A DNA stretch of 32,000 bases from an uncultured Gammaproteobacteria bacterium (GCA_964522265.1 CAZFVS010000001.1:1-32000); one strand, 5' to 3'; shown: positions 6,692 to 15,277, counted from the first letter of the stretch. Notes: a model not told the origin generated them from the sequence alone. A program made the numbers and translations.

Positions 6692-8421
6692 AATTTTCAA
6701 TTTTCAATTTTCAATTTTCAATGCTGGTTTTGATCATAGTTTTGGCTGGGATACTGCGTCTTTGGAATATTTCATCGAATCCGCCTGGGCTTACATGGGA
6801 TGAGGCAGCAATTGGGTATAACGCTTATTCTTTACTTAAAACAGGTAGAGATGAATATGGGCAGATCTTACCGCTAAATTTTAAATCTTTTGGAGATTAT
6901 AAACCCGGAGTTTATATTTATTCTGATATTCCATTTATTGCACTCTTTGGTCTGAATGAATTGGCAGTTAGATTGCCTTCAGCAATTGCAGGGACGATGC
7001 TTGTTTTACTCGTTTATTTATTGATGATGGAACTTTTTAATAACAAAAATCTGGCACTATCCGCATCATTAATGTTGGCAATATCACCTTTGGCGATACA
7101 GTTTTCTAGACCTGCGTTTGAGAGCAATCTGGCGGTTTTTCTAAATTGTTTAGGGATATTTTGTTTTGTTAAGGGATCAAAGAAGTCTAAACTTTTTATA
7201 CTATCAGGTTTATTTTTTGGCCTTTCTTTATTTACATATCAGGCTTCCAGAATATTTATCCCCATACTACTTTTGGGATTGTTTCTAATATATAGAAAAA
7301 ACCTTTCTTTAAAAAAAGATTTAAAAATTGGATTGGGGGTATTTATTTTATTTGCCCTGCTAGTGGCTGCCCAGATTTTTGTGCTGAAACAATCAGGCCG
7401 GCTTGAGGCGATGAACTATTTTGCATACAGGCGTTCTGATGAGCAAATAAACCAAATAGCAAAAGAAGACGGGTATCAAGTTTCAGATTACAAGTTTCAA
7501 ATTTTGCATGGTGAATGGTTTGCCTCTTTTAAGGGTTTGGTTGAAAGATATTTGATCTATTTTTCTCCCAAGATGCTTTTTATTGATGGGGATTATAGTC
7601 CCAGGCACAGAGTTCCAGATCTGGGTGTTTTATATTATGTTTCAGTTTTATTTATTCCTTTGGGAATAATTTATCTTTGGCGGAAGAAAAAGCAGGGTAG
7701 CACTCTTGTTTTTTTTCTGCTGGCAATCTCCTCCATCCCTGCTGTTTTATCAAGGGATTTGATTAGTATGGTGAGGGCTTTAAATTTGCTTATTCCCTTT
7801 ACAATTTTGGAAGGAGCAGGGTTATATTATCTTTTTCTAAACATTAAAAAATTTAATCGGTTCATTTTTATATCGGTGAGTCTGATCATATTTTTTCTAA
7901 TATTTGCAAATCTTGCAGTTTTTTTGGATCGTTATTTCATACATGCTCCTATAAAATATTCTCAAGGATGGTTATATGGGTATAAGGACTTGCTCGCGTT
8001 TCAGTGTGATCAATTATACTTCGCGCTCGCAAAACCTTGCCTTTTGCCTGAGGCAAAAGGTAAAGAAATTTTTTTCTCAAAAGAAAATTTATCAAAATAT
8101 GACAATGTTTTAATAACTGATGATTATGGGCAACCCTACATATATTATCTTTTCTATAATCAATATCCGCCGGTTGAATTTCAAAAGCAGGCAGTTTTAG
8201 TACAACCCGGTGTCGATGTGGGGACGATAAGAAAGATTGATAATATTGGGTTTCGTCATGTTTATTGGCCAAACGATAGAGGATTAAAAAACAGTCTGTT
8301 TATTGCGACAAAAGAAGAACTGCCGGATAAAGATATAATCCCCTTTCCGCAGTATAAAATTTTAAAGGATATTAATTTTTTAGACGGGCAACATGCATTT
8401 AGAGTTGTGGAGTCGGAATGA
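6688..8421 (+). CDS. ArnT/PMT_2-like GT-C glycosyltransferase, paralog 2
   Basis: 577 aa. TWDEAAIGYNAYSLLKTGRDEYGQILPLNFKSFGDYKPGVY is about 60 % identical by eye to paralog 3 over the N-terminal 160 aa. It carries a 25-aa insertion relative to both other paralogs. Confidence 0.7.
   Translation: MKFSIFNFQFSMLVLIIVLAGILRLWNISSNPPGLTWDEAAIGYNAYSLLKTGRDEYGQILPLNFKSFGDYKPGVYIYSDIPFIALFGLNELAVRLPSAIAGTMLVLLVYLLMMELFNNKNLALSASLMLAISPLAIQFSRPAFESNLAVFLNCLGIFCFVKGSKKSKLFILSGLFFGLSLFTYQASRIFIPILLLGLFLIYRKNLSLKKDLKIGLGVFILFALLVAAQIFVLKQSGRLEAMNYFAYRRSDEQINQIAKEDGYQVSDYKFQILHGEWFASFKGLVERYLIYFSPKMLFIDGDYSPRHRVPDLGVLYYVSVLFIPLGIIYLWRKKKQGSTLVFFLLAISSIPAVLSRDLISMVRALNLLIPFTILEGAGLYYLFLNIKKFNRFIFISVSLIIFFLIFANLAVFLDRYFIHAPIKYSQGWLYGYKDLLAFQCDQLYFALAKPCLLPEAKGKEIFFSKENLSKYDNVLITDDYGQPYIYYLFYNQYPPVEFQKQAVLVQPGVDVGTIRKIDNIGFRHVYWPNDRGLKNSLFIATKEELPDKDIIPFPQYKILKDINFLDGQHAFRVVESE
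6693..6720 (+). repeat. Perfect heptanucleotide tandem repeat (ATTTTCA)x4 in codons 2-11 of paralog 2
   Basis: The sequence is ATGAA-ATTTTCA-ATTTTCA-ATTTTCA-ATTTTCA-ATGCTGG. An in-frame ATG follows at 6721. Paralog 3 has a degenerate version at the same place (ATTTACA GTTTACA ATTTAAA ATTTACA, 8430-8457). Confidence 0.9.
8040..8060 (+). other. 9-bp perfect hairpin (CCTTTTGCC-TGA-GGCAAAAGG) inside the paralog-2-specific insertion
   Basis: Positions 8040-8048 pair with 8052-8060. A T7 run starts at 8069. The hairpin is embedded in locally GC-rich sequence (CTCGCG...CGCGCTCGC) that is absent from paralogs 1 and 3. Confidence 0.5.
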
Positions 8422-8425
8422 ACAC

Positions 8426-10054
8426 ATGAAATTTACAGTTTACAATTTAAAATTTACATTTCTGGTTTTGATTATTGTTTTAGCTGCTATTTTACGGCTG
8501 TGGAATTTGGGTGAGTATCCTGCGGGTTTTAATGCTGATGAGGCAGCAATAGGTTATAATGCCTACTCAATTTTACAAACAGGAAAAGATGAATATGGTA
8601 CGTCTTATCCTTTGGCTTTTAAATCGTTTGGTGATTATAAACCCGGTCTCTATTTCTATTTCGTTATGCCTTTTGTAGCGAAACTTGGTTTAAACGAAAT
8701 TGCAGTTAGGTTGCCGTCAGCTCTACTGGGTATTGCAACAGTCTTATTGATTTTTTTCCTGGCAAAAGAGATATTTAAAAATGAAATAACGGGTTTGTTT
8801 TCAGCATTTCTTTTAGCAATCTCCCCATGGCATCTGCATTTTTCGAGAGGTGGTTGGGAAAGCAATGGGGCAACATTTTTTATTACGCTTGGAGTGTTTC
8901 TTTGGCTGAAGGGTTTAACTAAGCCATTACTTATATTCTGGAGTTTATTTAGTTTCTTGATTTCTATGTATATGTACCAAAGTCCGAGATTAATAATCCC
9001 TTTATTTTTGGTGCTGGCTATTTTTCTATATAAGAATATTCTACGGAAAATTGTTAGAAAGGTGATAATTTTTATACCAATTCTTTTTATTTTATCTATT
9101 CCACTTATCTTACAGTTTACATCAGGAGAGGGAGGAGCAAGGTTTAGCGGCTTATCATTTTTTGCAGATAAAGGCCCTTTATCCAGAATAGATGAGTTGA
9201 GAGGGGAGCACGATGATTTAAGCAATAAAGATGCAAAATTGTTGCATAATAAAATAACAGCTTATATACCTTCTCTTCTCGGACATTATTTGGACCATTT
9301 TTCAACCCAATTTTTATTCATCAACGGTGAAGAAGTTATCAGAAATAAGGTTCCCGAAACAGGGCAATTCTATCTTATTGAATCTATTTTTTTAATAGTA
9401 GGATTATTTTTTCTCATAAGAAGCCGTTTTGAAAATGCAAATTTGATTATTTTATGGATTTTAATTTCACCAGTTGCTTCGTCAATGACTTTTCAAACAC
9501 CTAACGCCTTAAGAGCGCTTTCTATGGTTGTTCCGATGACCGTGATGATGGGTTATGGACTAAGTAAAATTTTCAACATCCTTAGTAAAAATTTCAGACT
9601 GCTATTTTTAGTAGGTTGTTTTTTATTTCTTACCTTTGAATTTATACACTATCTTGAAAACTACTATGTACATTATCCTAAAAGATATCCTTTGGCTTGG
9701 GAGTATGGATTCAAAAGTATGGTTTCTAAACTTGAAAAATACAAGGACCAATACAAAAAGGTAGTTATTACGGACCGTTACGATCAACCGTATATTCTAG
9801 TACTGTTTTATGAAAAATATAATCCTGCAAAATATCAACCTCAGGCAGTTTTAACCGAAAGAGATAAGTTTAATTTTGGTACAATCCGTTCATTTGATAA
9901 ATATGAGTTCCATAAAATAGAACCGGACAAAATTAAAAATGCTAAAGACACCCTTTTTATAGTGACAGACAAGGATATGCCTAAGAATGCTGAAATCATA
10001 GATCAGGTTGATTTTCCAAACGGAAAACCTGCTTTTATATTTTTTAAAACATGA
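8426..10054 (+). CDS. ArnT/PMT_2-like GT-C glycosyltransferase, paralog 3
   Basis: I place the start at ATG 8426 (MKFTVYNLKFTFLVLIIVLAAILRLWNL) because it aligns with the paralog 2 N-terminus MKFSIFNFQFSMLVLIIVLAGILRLWNI. The ORF-track start at 8393 overlaps the upstream gene. Motifs are NADEAAIGYNAYSILQTGKDEYG...FGDYKPGLY and C-terminal YDQPYILVLFY. Confidence 0.7.
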   Translation: MKFTVYNLKFTFLVLIIVLAAILRLWNLGEYPAGFNADEAAIGYNAYSILQTGKDEYGTSYPLAFKSFGDYKPGLYFYFVMPFVAKLGLNEIAVRLPSALLGIATVLLIFFLAKEIFKNEITGLFSAFLLAISPWHLHFSRGGWESNGATFFITLGVFLWLKGLTKPLLIFWSLFSFLISMYMYQSPRLIIPLFLVLAIFLYKNILRKIVRKVIIFIPILFILSIPLILQFTSGEGGARFSGLSFFADKGPLSRIDELRGEHDDLSNKDAKLLHNKITAYIPSLLGHYLDHFSTQFLFINGEEVIRNKVPETGQFYLIESIFLIVGLFFLIRSRFENANLIILWILISPVASSMTFQTPNALRALSMVVPMTVMMGYGLSKIFNILSKNFRLLFLVGCFLFLTFEFIHYLENYYVHYPKRYPLAWEYGFKSMVSKLEKYKDQYKKVVITDRYDQPYILVLFYEKYNPAKYQPQAVLTERDKFNFGTIRSFDKYEFHKIEPDKIKNAKDTLFIVTDKDMPKNAEIIDQVDFPNGKPAFIFFKT

Positions 10055-10911
10055 TTAAATTATCATTGGCATTGGCGACTTTTAATGAAGAAGACAATAT
10101 AGGAAATTGCCTTAAATCAGTAGAAGATTTAGTGGATGAAATAGTCATAGTTGATGGTGGTTCAACTGATAAAACAGTTGAAATCGCTAAAAATTATGGC
10201 GCTAGAGTATATATAACCGATAATCCTCCTATTTTTCACATCAACAAGCAAAAAGCGCTTGATTTAACGGCAGGAAGTTGGATTTTACAGCTTGATGCTG
10301 ATGAAAGAGTAAGTGATAAACTTGCTATGGAAATAAAAAAAATTATCTCTATGACAAATCAAGAGATACAGGAATATCAGGATATCTTACCCAACAAAAG
10401 ATTATTTATAGCTCACCAGCAACTAATTGACAAGAGAGATGGTAAAGTTGGAAGTGGTGAAGATGAATATACAGCATTTTTTATTCCTAGATTAAATTTT
10501 TTTCTGGGTAAATTTTTGCATTTTGGAGGAGCATATCCTGATGGAGTAATACGGCTTATTAAAAAAAATAAGGCTTATTTACCTTGTAAAAGCGTCCATG
10601 AGCAATATGTAGTTACAGGACGGGTAGGGTGGTTGCAAAATGATTTACTTCATATGGCAGACCCAACCTTTGCAAGATATCTAAAAAGAAATAAGAGATA
10701 TATTAATTTAATTGTAAATGAATTTGAAAGAGATAAGATAGAAAAAAATGTTCTTCAATTTATTAACTATTGCTTGATAAAACCATTATGGTGGTTTTTC
10801 TGGACACAGATAAGACACAAAGGAATTTTAGACGGTATCCCTGGTGTTATTTTTTCATTTTTTTCGGCACTGCGTTTTCCAAGAGCTTATATTAAGTATC
10901 TAACGACATGA
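10051..10911 (+). CDS. GT2-family glycosyltransferase (WaaE/KdtX-like architecture)
   Basis: 286 aa. The GT-A N-terminus is LSLALATFNEEDNI...IVIVDGGSTDKT and the acidic motif is LQLDADE. The C-terminal KGILDGIPGVIF segment is typical of this GT2 subgroup. Confidence 0.75.
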   Translation: MIKLSLALATFNEEDNIGNCLKSVEDLVDEIVIVDGGSTDKTVEIAKNYGARVYITDNPPIFHINKQKALDLTAGSWILQLDADERVSDKLAMEIKKIISMTNQEIQEYQDILPNKRLFIAHQQLIDKRDGKVGSGEDEYTAFFIPRLNFFLGKFLHFGGAYPDGVIRLIKKNKAYLPCKSVHEQYVVTGRVGWLQNDLLHMADPTFARYLKRNKRYINLIVNEFERDKIEKNVLQFINYCLIKPLWWFFWTQIRHKGILDGIPGVIFSFFSALRFPRAYIKYLTT

Positions 10912-11957
10912 AAAAATTAAAAATCGGGATTGATATTACGGCGATGAATCCCTTGAGTCTGAATCGGGGGATAGGATTTTACACCAACAAGTTATTTAAA
11001 GCACTAACTAAATATACAAATTGTGATGTTATATTGGTTGAAAAAAAGGGAGAAATAGACAATTTAGACCTAGTGCACTATCCTTATTTTGATTTTTTTT
11101 CTCCTACACTACCCCTAATAAAAAAATTGCCGATAGTAGTTACTGTTCATGACGTAATTCCTTTGGTTTTTTCGGAGCATTACCCACCAGGATTAAAAGG
11201 TTATTTTAATTTAAAAATACAAAAATTTTCCCTAAAAACAATTCAAGCAGTTATTACAGACTCTATAGCTTCCAAGTTAGACATAATGGAATATTTAAAT
11301 GTTGCTGAAAATAAAATTTTTACAATTTATCTTGCGCCTGATGAAAAGTTCAAAAAAGAAAAAGATTTTAAAATGTTAAAAACCGTTAAAGAAAAATATA
11401 ATTTGCCTGAAAAATTTGCCCTTTATGTAGGCAATATTAACTGGAATAAGAATTTGCTTAATTTAACAAAAGCATGTATTAACGCCGGTATAAACCTTTA
11501 TCTTATAGGAGATGAAAAAAAAAAAAAAAAAAACCGCGAACATCCTGAATTAAAAGATTACAAAATGTGGATCGAAAAATATTCAACTCATCAAAAAATC
11601 CACGTTATAGACACATATCCTGAAAATGATATTGTTGAGATTTATAATTTAGCTGAGGTTTTACTCCTCCCCTCTTTTTGTGAAGGGTTTGGGTTGCCTA
11701 TTTTGGAAGCTCAAGCTTGTGGTACACCTGTCATCACAAGCAATGTATCCTCAATGTTGGAAGTAGCTGGGGATAGTGCAATCCTTGTAAATCCCAACGA
11801 AACGGACGAAATTATGAACGCAATTAAATCTCTTGAGGATAAATCGATAAAAAATAAGCTGGTTGAAAATGGCTTGAGAAATACAGAAAAATTTTCATGG
11901 AAAAAAGTTGCACAAGAAACTTTCTCAGTATATCAAAATATTTTCTCAAAAGTTTAA
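10908..11957 (+). CDS. GT4 (Glycos_transf_1) glycosyltransferase containing an A19 tract
   Basis: 349 aa. The E-x7-E region is CEGFGLPILEAQACGTPVITSN. The upstream pattern is typical GT-B (VTVHDVIP, LYVGNINWNKNL). Confidence 0.8.
   Translation: MKKLKIGIDITAMNPLSLNRGIGFYTNKLFKALTKYTNCDVILVEKKGEIDNLDLVHYPYFDFFSPTLPLIKKLPIVVTVHDVIPLVFSEHYPPGLKGYFNLKIQKFSLKTIQAVITDSIASKLDIMEYLNVAENKIFTIYLAPDEKFKKEKDFKMLKTVKEKYNLPEKFALYVGNINWNKNLLNLTKACINAGINLYLIGDEKKKKKNREHPELKDYKMWIEKYSTHQKIHVIDTYPENDIVEIYNLAEVLLLPSFCEGFGLPILEAQACGTPVITSNVSSMLEVAGDSAILVNPNETDEIMNAIKSLEDKSIKNKLVENGLRNTEKFSWKKVAQETFSVYQNIFSKV
11515..11533 (+). repeat. Homopolymeric A19 tract inside the GT4 coding sequence
   Basis: The reading is GAT GAA AAA AAA AAA AAA AAA AAC CGC, encoding D-E-K-K-K-K-K-N-R. 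It is in frame as given and lies upstream of the E-x7-E catalytic region. It is by far the longest homopolymer I found in the window; the others are 10 nt or shorter. Confidence 0.95.
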
Positions 11958-11959
11958 TA

Positions 11960-13405
11960 ATGGTCAAAAGAGTTCTAGCTTTTATTCTTCTGCTGAGTCT
12001 TCTTTTATATTTACCATCGTTTTTTAATTTTTATACGAATGATGACTTTTTTCATTTAAGTATTTCAAAAGCTAAAAATGTATCTGAATTTTTAAATTTC
12101 TTCAACCTGATTTCTGCGCCTCAAGGATTTGGATTTTACAGACCGCTAACCACACAAGCTTATTATTTCTTGAGCTATTATTTTAACTATAATCCAATCA
12201 TTCTGCATGTTATTTCATTTGCGGTATTAATAATGATAATTTTACTGGTTTTTAATATTTCGAAAAAACTAACAGCAAATAATTATACGTCTTTACTTGC
12301 AGTATTCTTTTATGCCGTTTCTGCTACTCATTTTGGTCATTTATATTATATTGCTACATTCCAGGAACTTGGATTCTCCCTGTTTTATTTATTATCAATG
12401 ATTTCCTTTATAAATTTTTTAAAAGAAAAAAAAATTAGATATTATTTCTTTATGATTATTACTTTAGTTGGGGCGCTATTATCCAAGGAATCGGCGGTAA
12501 CTTTACCAGCTTCATTCCTTTTAATCATCCTGTTTTATGTGGGCTTCAGATTTAAAGCATTAAATCTAAGACAAATTATTTTTATTCTATCGATACCTAT
12601 TTTAATACTGCTAGTTTATCTTTATTTTCATGTATTTTATTATGGTTTGGCTAAGGGTGATTCTTATGTGTGGATTGTATCGTTTCGTGTTGTTAATACA
12701 GTTGTCTGGTATGTTTTATGGTCACTGAATATACCGGAGATGTTAGTTGATTATATTGGGCCGGGGTTACATGTAAACCCTAATCTACTAAAATTCTATT
12801 GGGATAAGATCATACCAATAATTATTCTATTTGGAGTAATAATATTGGAGCTATTATTTGTATTCGTAAAAACATTAAAAAAAAGTACAAAAAAGGATGT
12901 GAGACTTTATTTATTTGCAATATTTTGGTTTTTAATAACGCTGCTTCCTGTGATTTTTTTACCACTGCATAAATTTAGTTACGAATTAACATTACCGCTT
13001 TTCGCAGTAGCCTTAGTTTTGGGTAATTTGATTGCAAAAGTTCAAAAATATAAATTACTTATTTGCATGTTCCTTTCAAACTATCTTTTATTATCTGTAT
13101 TAACGAACATTTTATCTTATCAAACAAGCTGGATAGTAAGAGGAGCTGTTGTTGCAGAAAGAGTTTTTTCCTTTGCAGAAAGAATTGAAAGAGAATCTGA
13201 AGTTGACCGAACAATCGTTTTTTATGATGAACCTGATGATAGAAAGTTGCTTTGGTTGCCGTCCTCGCAATTGAAACAAATTCTTTCCGACAACAATTTT
13301 TTTAGAGCCTATTACGGAAATAAGGTAAAAGCTATATACTTAAATCAGGGGCAGGAATTATCAATGCCGGACGCAATAATGGTAAGGGCAAGAAACTTTT
13401 TTTAA
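11960..13405 (+). CDS. Polytopic membrane protein, possible GT-C-type glycosyltransferase (N-terminal DD motif)
   Basis: Start is placed at ATG 11960 (MVKRVLAFILLL...), 2 nt after the upstream TAA. The ORF-track start at 11897 overlaps the GT4 gene. There are more than 10 hydrophobic segments. The first loop, FYTNDDFFHL, is reminiscent of TMTC/DUF1736-like GT-C proteins. An O-antigen ligase/polymerase family cannot be excluded by eye. Confidence 0.4.
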   Translation: MVKRVLAFILLLSLLLYLPSFFNFYTNDDFFHLSISKAKNVSEFLNFFNLISAPQGFGFYRPLTTQAYYFLSYYFNYNPIILHVISFAVLIMIILLVFNISKKLTANNYTSLLAVFFYAVSATHFGHLYYIATFQELGFSLFYLLSMISFINFLKEKKIRYYFFMIITLVGALLSKESAVTLPASFLLIILFYVGFRFKALNLRQIIFILSIPILILLVYLYFHVFYYGLAKGDSYVWIVSFRVVNTVVWYVLWSLNIPEMLVDYIGPGLHVNPNLLKFYWDKIIPIIILFGVIILELLFVFVKTLKKSTKKDVRLYLFAIFWFLITLLPVIFLPLHKFSYELTLPLFAVALVLGNLIAKVQKYKLLICMFLSNYLLLSVLTNILSYQTSWIVRGAVVAERVFSFAERIERESEVDRTIVFYDEPDDRKLLWLPSSQLKQILSDNNFFRAYYGNKVKAIYLNQGQELSMPDAIMVRARNFF

Positions 13406-13409
13406 TTTT

Positions 13410-14558
13410 ATGCATAAATTTTCTTTGAATAAATCAATTTTAATCTACTTTACCATTTGGAGAATTTTCCTTTTTTTTATCGCATTTATTTCTACTATTA
13501 TCATTGGTAATTTTGGTGCAAGATTTCCTTATTATAAGGAATTACTTATTAGTACTGGTTTGCCTGCTTGGATTTGGGGATTCGGTAATTTTGACGGCGT
13601 GCATTATTTAACTATAGCTGAGAAAGGGTATGTAGCTCAATTTACTCAAGCTTTTTTCCCACTTTATCCCCTATTGGTAAAATTCCTAACAATTAACGGG
13701 GGTTATTTATTAACTGCACTGGTTTTATCGAATATATTTTTTTTAGCCGCTCTTTTTTTGTTGTATGAGTTATTCAGAATTGATTATGATGGTAAAATTT
13801 CTTTTAAATCACTTTGTTTGCTTCTTGCAATCCCCACGTCATTTTATTTCGGCGCTGTACATTCGGAATCATTATTCCTATTTTTTAGTGTAGGCAGTAT
13901 ATTAGCAATTAGAAAAAAAAAGTATATTTTATCAGGTTTACTCGCAGGTTTTGCTTCTGCCACAAGAATAGTTGGTGTTTTTTTAACACCGCTCATTTTA
14001 ATTGAAGTAATAAGTTTACTTAAGGCTGGATCGTTAAACCTTAAAAGCAAAGAATTCCCCAGAGCGCTTCTTTCTTTATTAATAGCGCCAACAGGACTTA
14101 TTATTTATATGATTTTTTTAAAAATCCAATTCAATGACCCACTTTATTTTTTAAATGCACAACATGCTTTTGGAACAGGCAGAAGTGATCAAAATTTTAT
14201 TCTCTTGCCCCAAGTTTTTTATAGATACATAAAAATCTTATTCACAGTTAATGTTATATCGTTGCCCTTTTTTAATGCCTTGTTAGAGCTTATCTTTACC
14301 GTAATACCGTTAGCTTTATTAATTTTAAAAATTAAAAAAATTAGATTTAGTTATTTTATTTTTACTGTGGGTAGTCTTGTATTACCGACATTAACCGGGA
14401 CCTTAACATCAATGCCAAGATTTATCCTAATGGGTTTTTTACTTCTTCCTGTAGTGGTTATAAGCCTCAATAAGTATTTTAAAGCGATAATTGTCATAAT
14501 GATATTACTTCAAGCACTACTACTGAGTTTGTTCATAAGAGGCTATTGGGTTGCATAA
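13410..14558 (+). CDS. PIG-V-like (GPI mannosyltransferase 2 / GT76-like) polytopic membrane glycosyltransferase homolog
   Basis: 382 aa and multi-TM. The motif FGNFDGVHYLTIAEKGYVAQFTQAFFPLYPLLV matches the W/F-D-G-x-x-Y-L-x-I-A-x-x-G-Y...AFFPLYP signature I recall for bacterial Mannosyl_trans2 homologs. Confidence 0.55.
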   Translation: MHKFSLNKSILIYFTIWRIFLFFIAFISTIIIGNFGARFPYYKELLISTGLPAWIWGFGNFDGVHYLTIAEKGYVAQFTQAFFPLYPLLVKFLTINGGYLLTALVLSNIFFLAALFLLYELFRIDYDGKISFKSLCLLLAIPTSFYFGAVHSESLFLFFSVGSILAIRKKKYILSGLLAGFASATRIVGVFLTPLILIEVISLLKAGSLNLKSKEFPRALLSLLIAPTGLIIYMIFLKIQFNDPLYFLNAQHAFGTGRSDQNFILLPQVFYRYIKILFTVNVISLPFFNALLELIFTVIPLALLILKIKKIRFSYFIFTVGSLVLPTLTGTLTSMPRFILMGFLLLPVVVISLNKYFKAIIVIMILLQALLLSLFIRGYWVA

Positions 14559-14598
14559 ATACTTGAGGGGATATGAAGTAAATGGTAATATTCTGCCT

Positions 14599-15276
14599 AT
14601 GAAAGGTCTAGTTATTATTCCTGTTTTTAACGAAGAGCAGGTTATCTATAAAGTTATTTCTAAAATTCCCCAAAAAATTGAAAGACATAAATTAGATATA
14701 CTGGTAATAAATGATGGGTCAACAGATTTGACGGAAGAAAGAGTTAGAAAAACCAAAGCAAAGGTTTTATCCCATCCTTTAAATAGAGGTTTGGGTGCAG
14801 CTTTGGGAACAGGTTTTGCATTTGCTAAGATGAAAAATTATGATTTTTTAATAACAATCGATGGTGATGGTCAGCATGATCCAAGGGAAATACCTAAATT
14901 ACTGAAGCCAATTATTAATGCAGAGGCTGATTTTATAGTTGGGACAAGAATAAACAAAGGAAGGATGCCTTTTAAAAGGCGGATACTTACCTTCTTTGCA
15001 ACCTTAGCCACTTTTTTAATAACTGGTGTTTGGACGACTGATTCCCAATCCGGATTTAGAATATTTTCCAAGGAAGCTATCAAAAAAATTAATATTCAAG
15101 TTGATAAAATGGAGATTTCATCGGATTTTTTCCGTCAATGTAGAGAAAAGGGATTGGTTATTTTAGAGATTCCCATAAAAGCGATCTATACAAAATATTC
15201 TATAGCAAAGGGGCAGAATTTTTTTAACTCATTTAATATAATAGGAAAATTAATATTGCAAAATTTAAATAAATAA
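14599..15276 (+). CDS. GT2 polyprenyl-phosphate glycosyltransferase (DPM1/GtrB/ArnC/GacI-like)
   Basis: MKGLVIIPVFNEE...ILVINDGSTDLT...NRGLGAALGTGF...TIDGDGQHDP is the classical polyprenol-monophosphate-sugar synthase pattern. ATG 14599 gives a canonical N-terminus. The ORF track offers a TTG at 14551 that overlaps the upstream gene. Confidence 0.75.
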   Translation: MKGLVIIPVFNEEQVIYKVISKIPQKIERHKLDILVINDGSTDLTEERVRKTKAKVLSHPLNRGLGAALGTGFAFAKMKNYDFLITIDGDGQHDPREIPKLLKPIINAEADFIVGTRINKGRMPFKRRILTFFATLATFLITGVWTTDSQSGFRIFSKEAIKKINIQVDKMEISSDFFRQCREKGLVILEIPIKAIYTKYSIAKGQNFFNSFNIIGKLILQNLNK

Positions 15277-15277
15277 T

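Noticed and set aside
6693-6720. CRISPR array or mobile-element signature
   Set aside because: The only tandem repeat has a 7-nt unit with no spacers. I saw no cas, transposase, integrase or long terminal inverted repeats anywhere in the window.
8040-8080. Hairpin plus T7 run as a functional intrinsic terminator inside paralog 2
   Set aside because: The T-run starts 8 nt after the stem instead of abutting it. The reading frame continues through it into conserved C-terminal motifs. It is kept only as part of the insertion finding.
8393-8425. Longer ORF-track starts: 8393 for paralog 3, 11897 for the membrane protein, TTG 14551 for the GT2, 29726 for the minus-strand gene, TTG 29739 for the plus-strand gene
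   Set aside because: Each extension overlaps the preceding gene or a predicted promoter and adds residues with no counterpart in paralogs or family N-termini. The internal ATGs (8426, 11960, 14599, 29678, 29769) give canonical N-termini. This remains a judgement call, especially for 14551 versus 14599.
8656-9225. 189-aa antisense ORF inside GT-C paralog 3, surprisingly long for an AT-rich genome
   Set aside because: It lies in the antisense register where stops arise only opposite sense Tyr/His/Gln codons preceded by a T- or C-ending codon. This TM-rich stretch has very few such residues. The translated product is low-complexity with no motifs, and the sense frame is strongly supported by paralog conservation.
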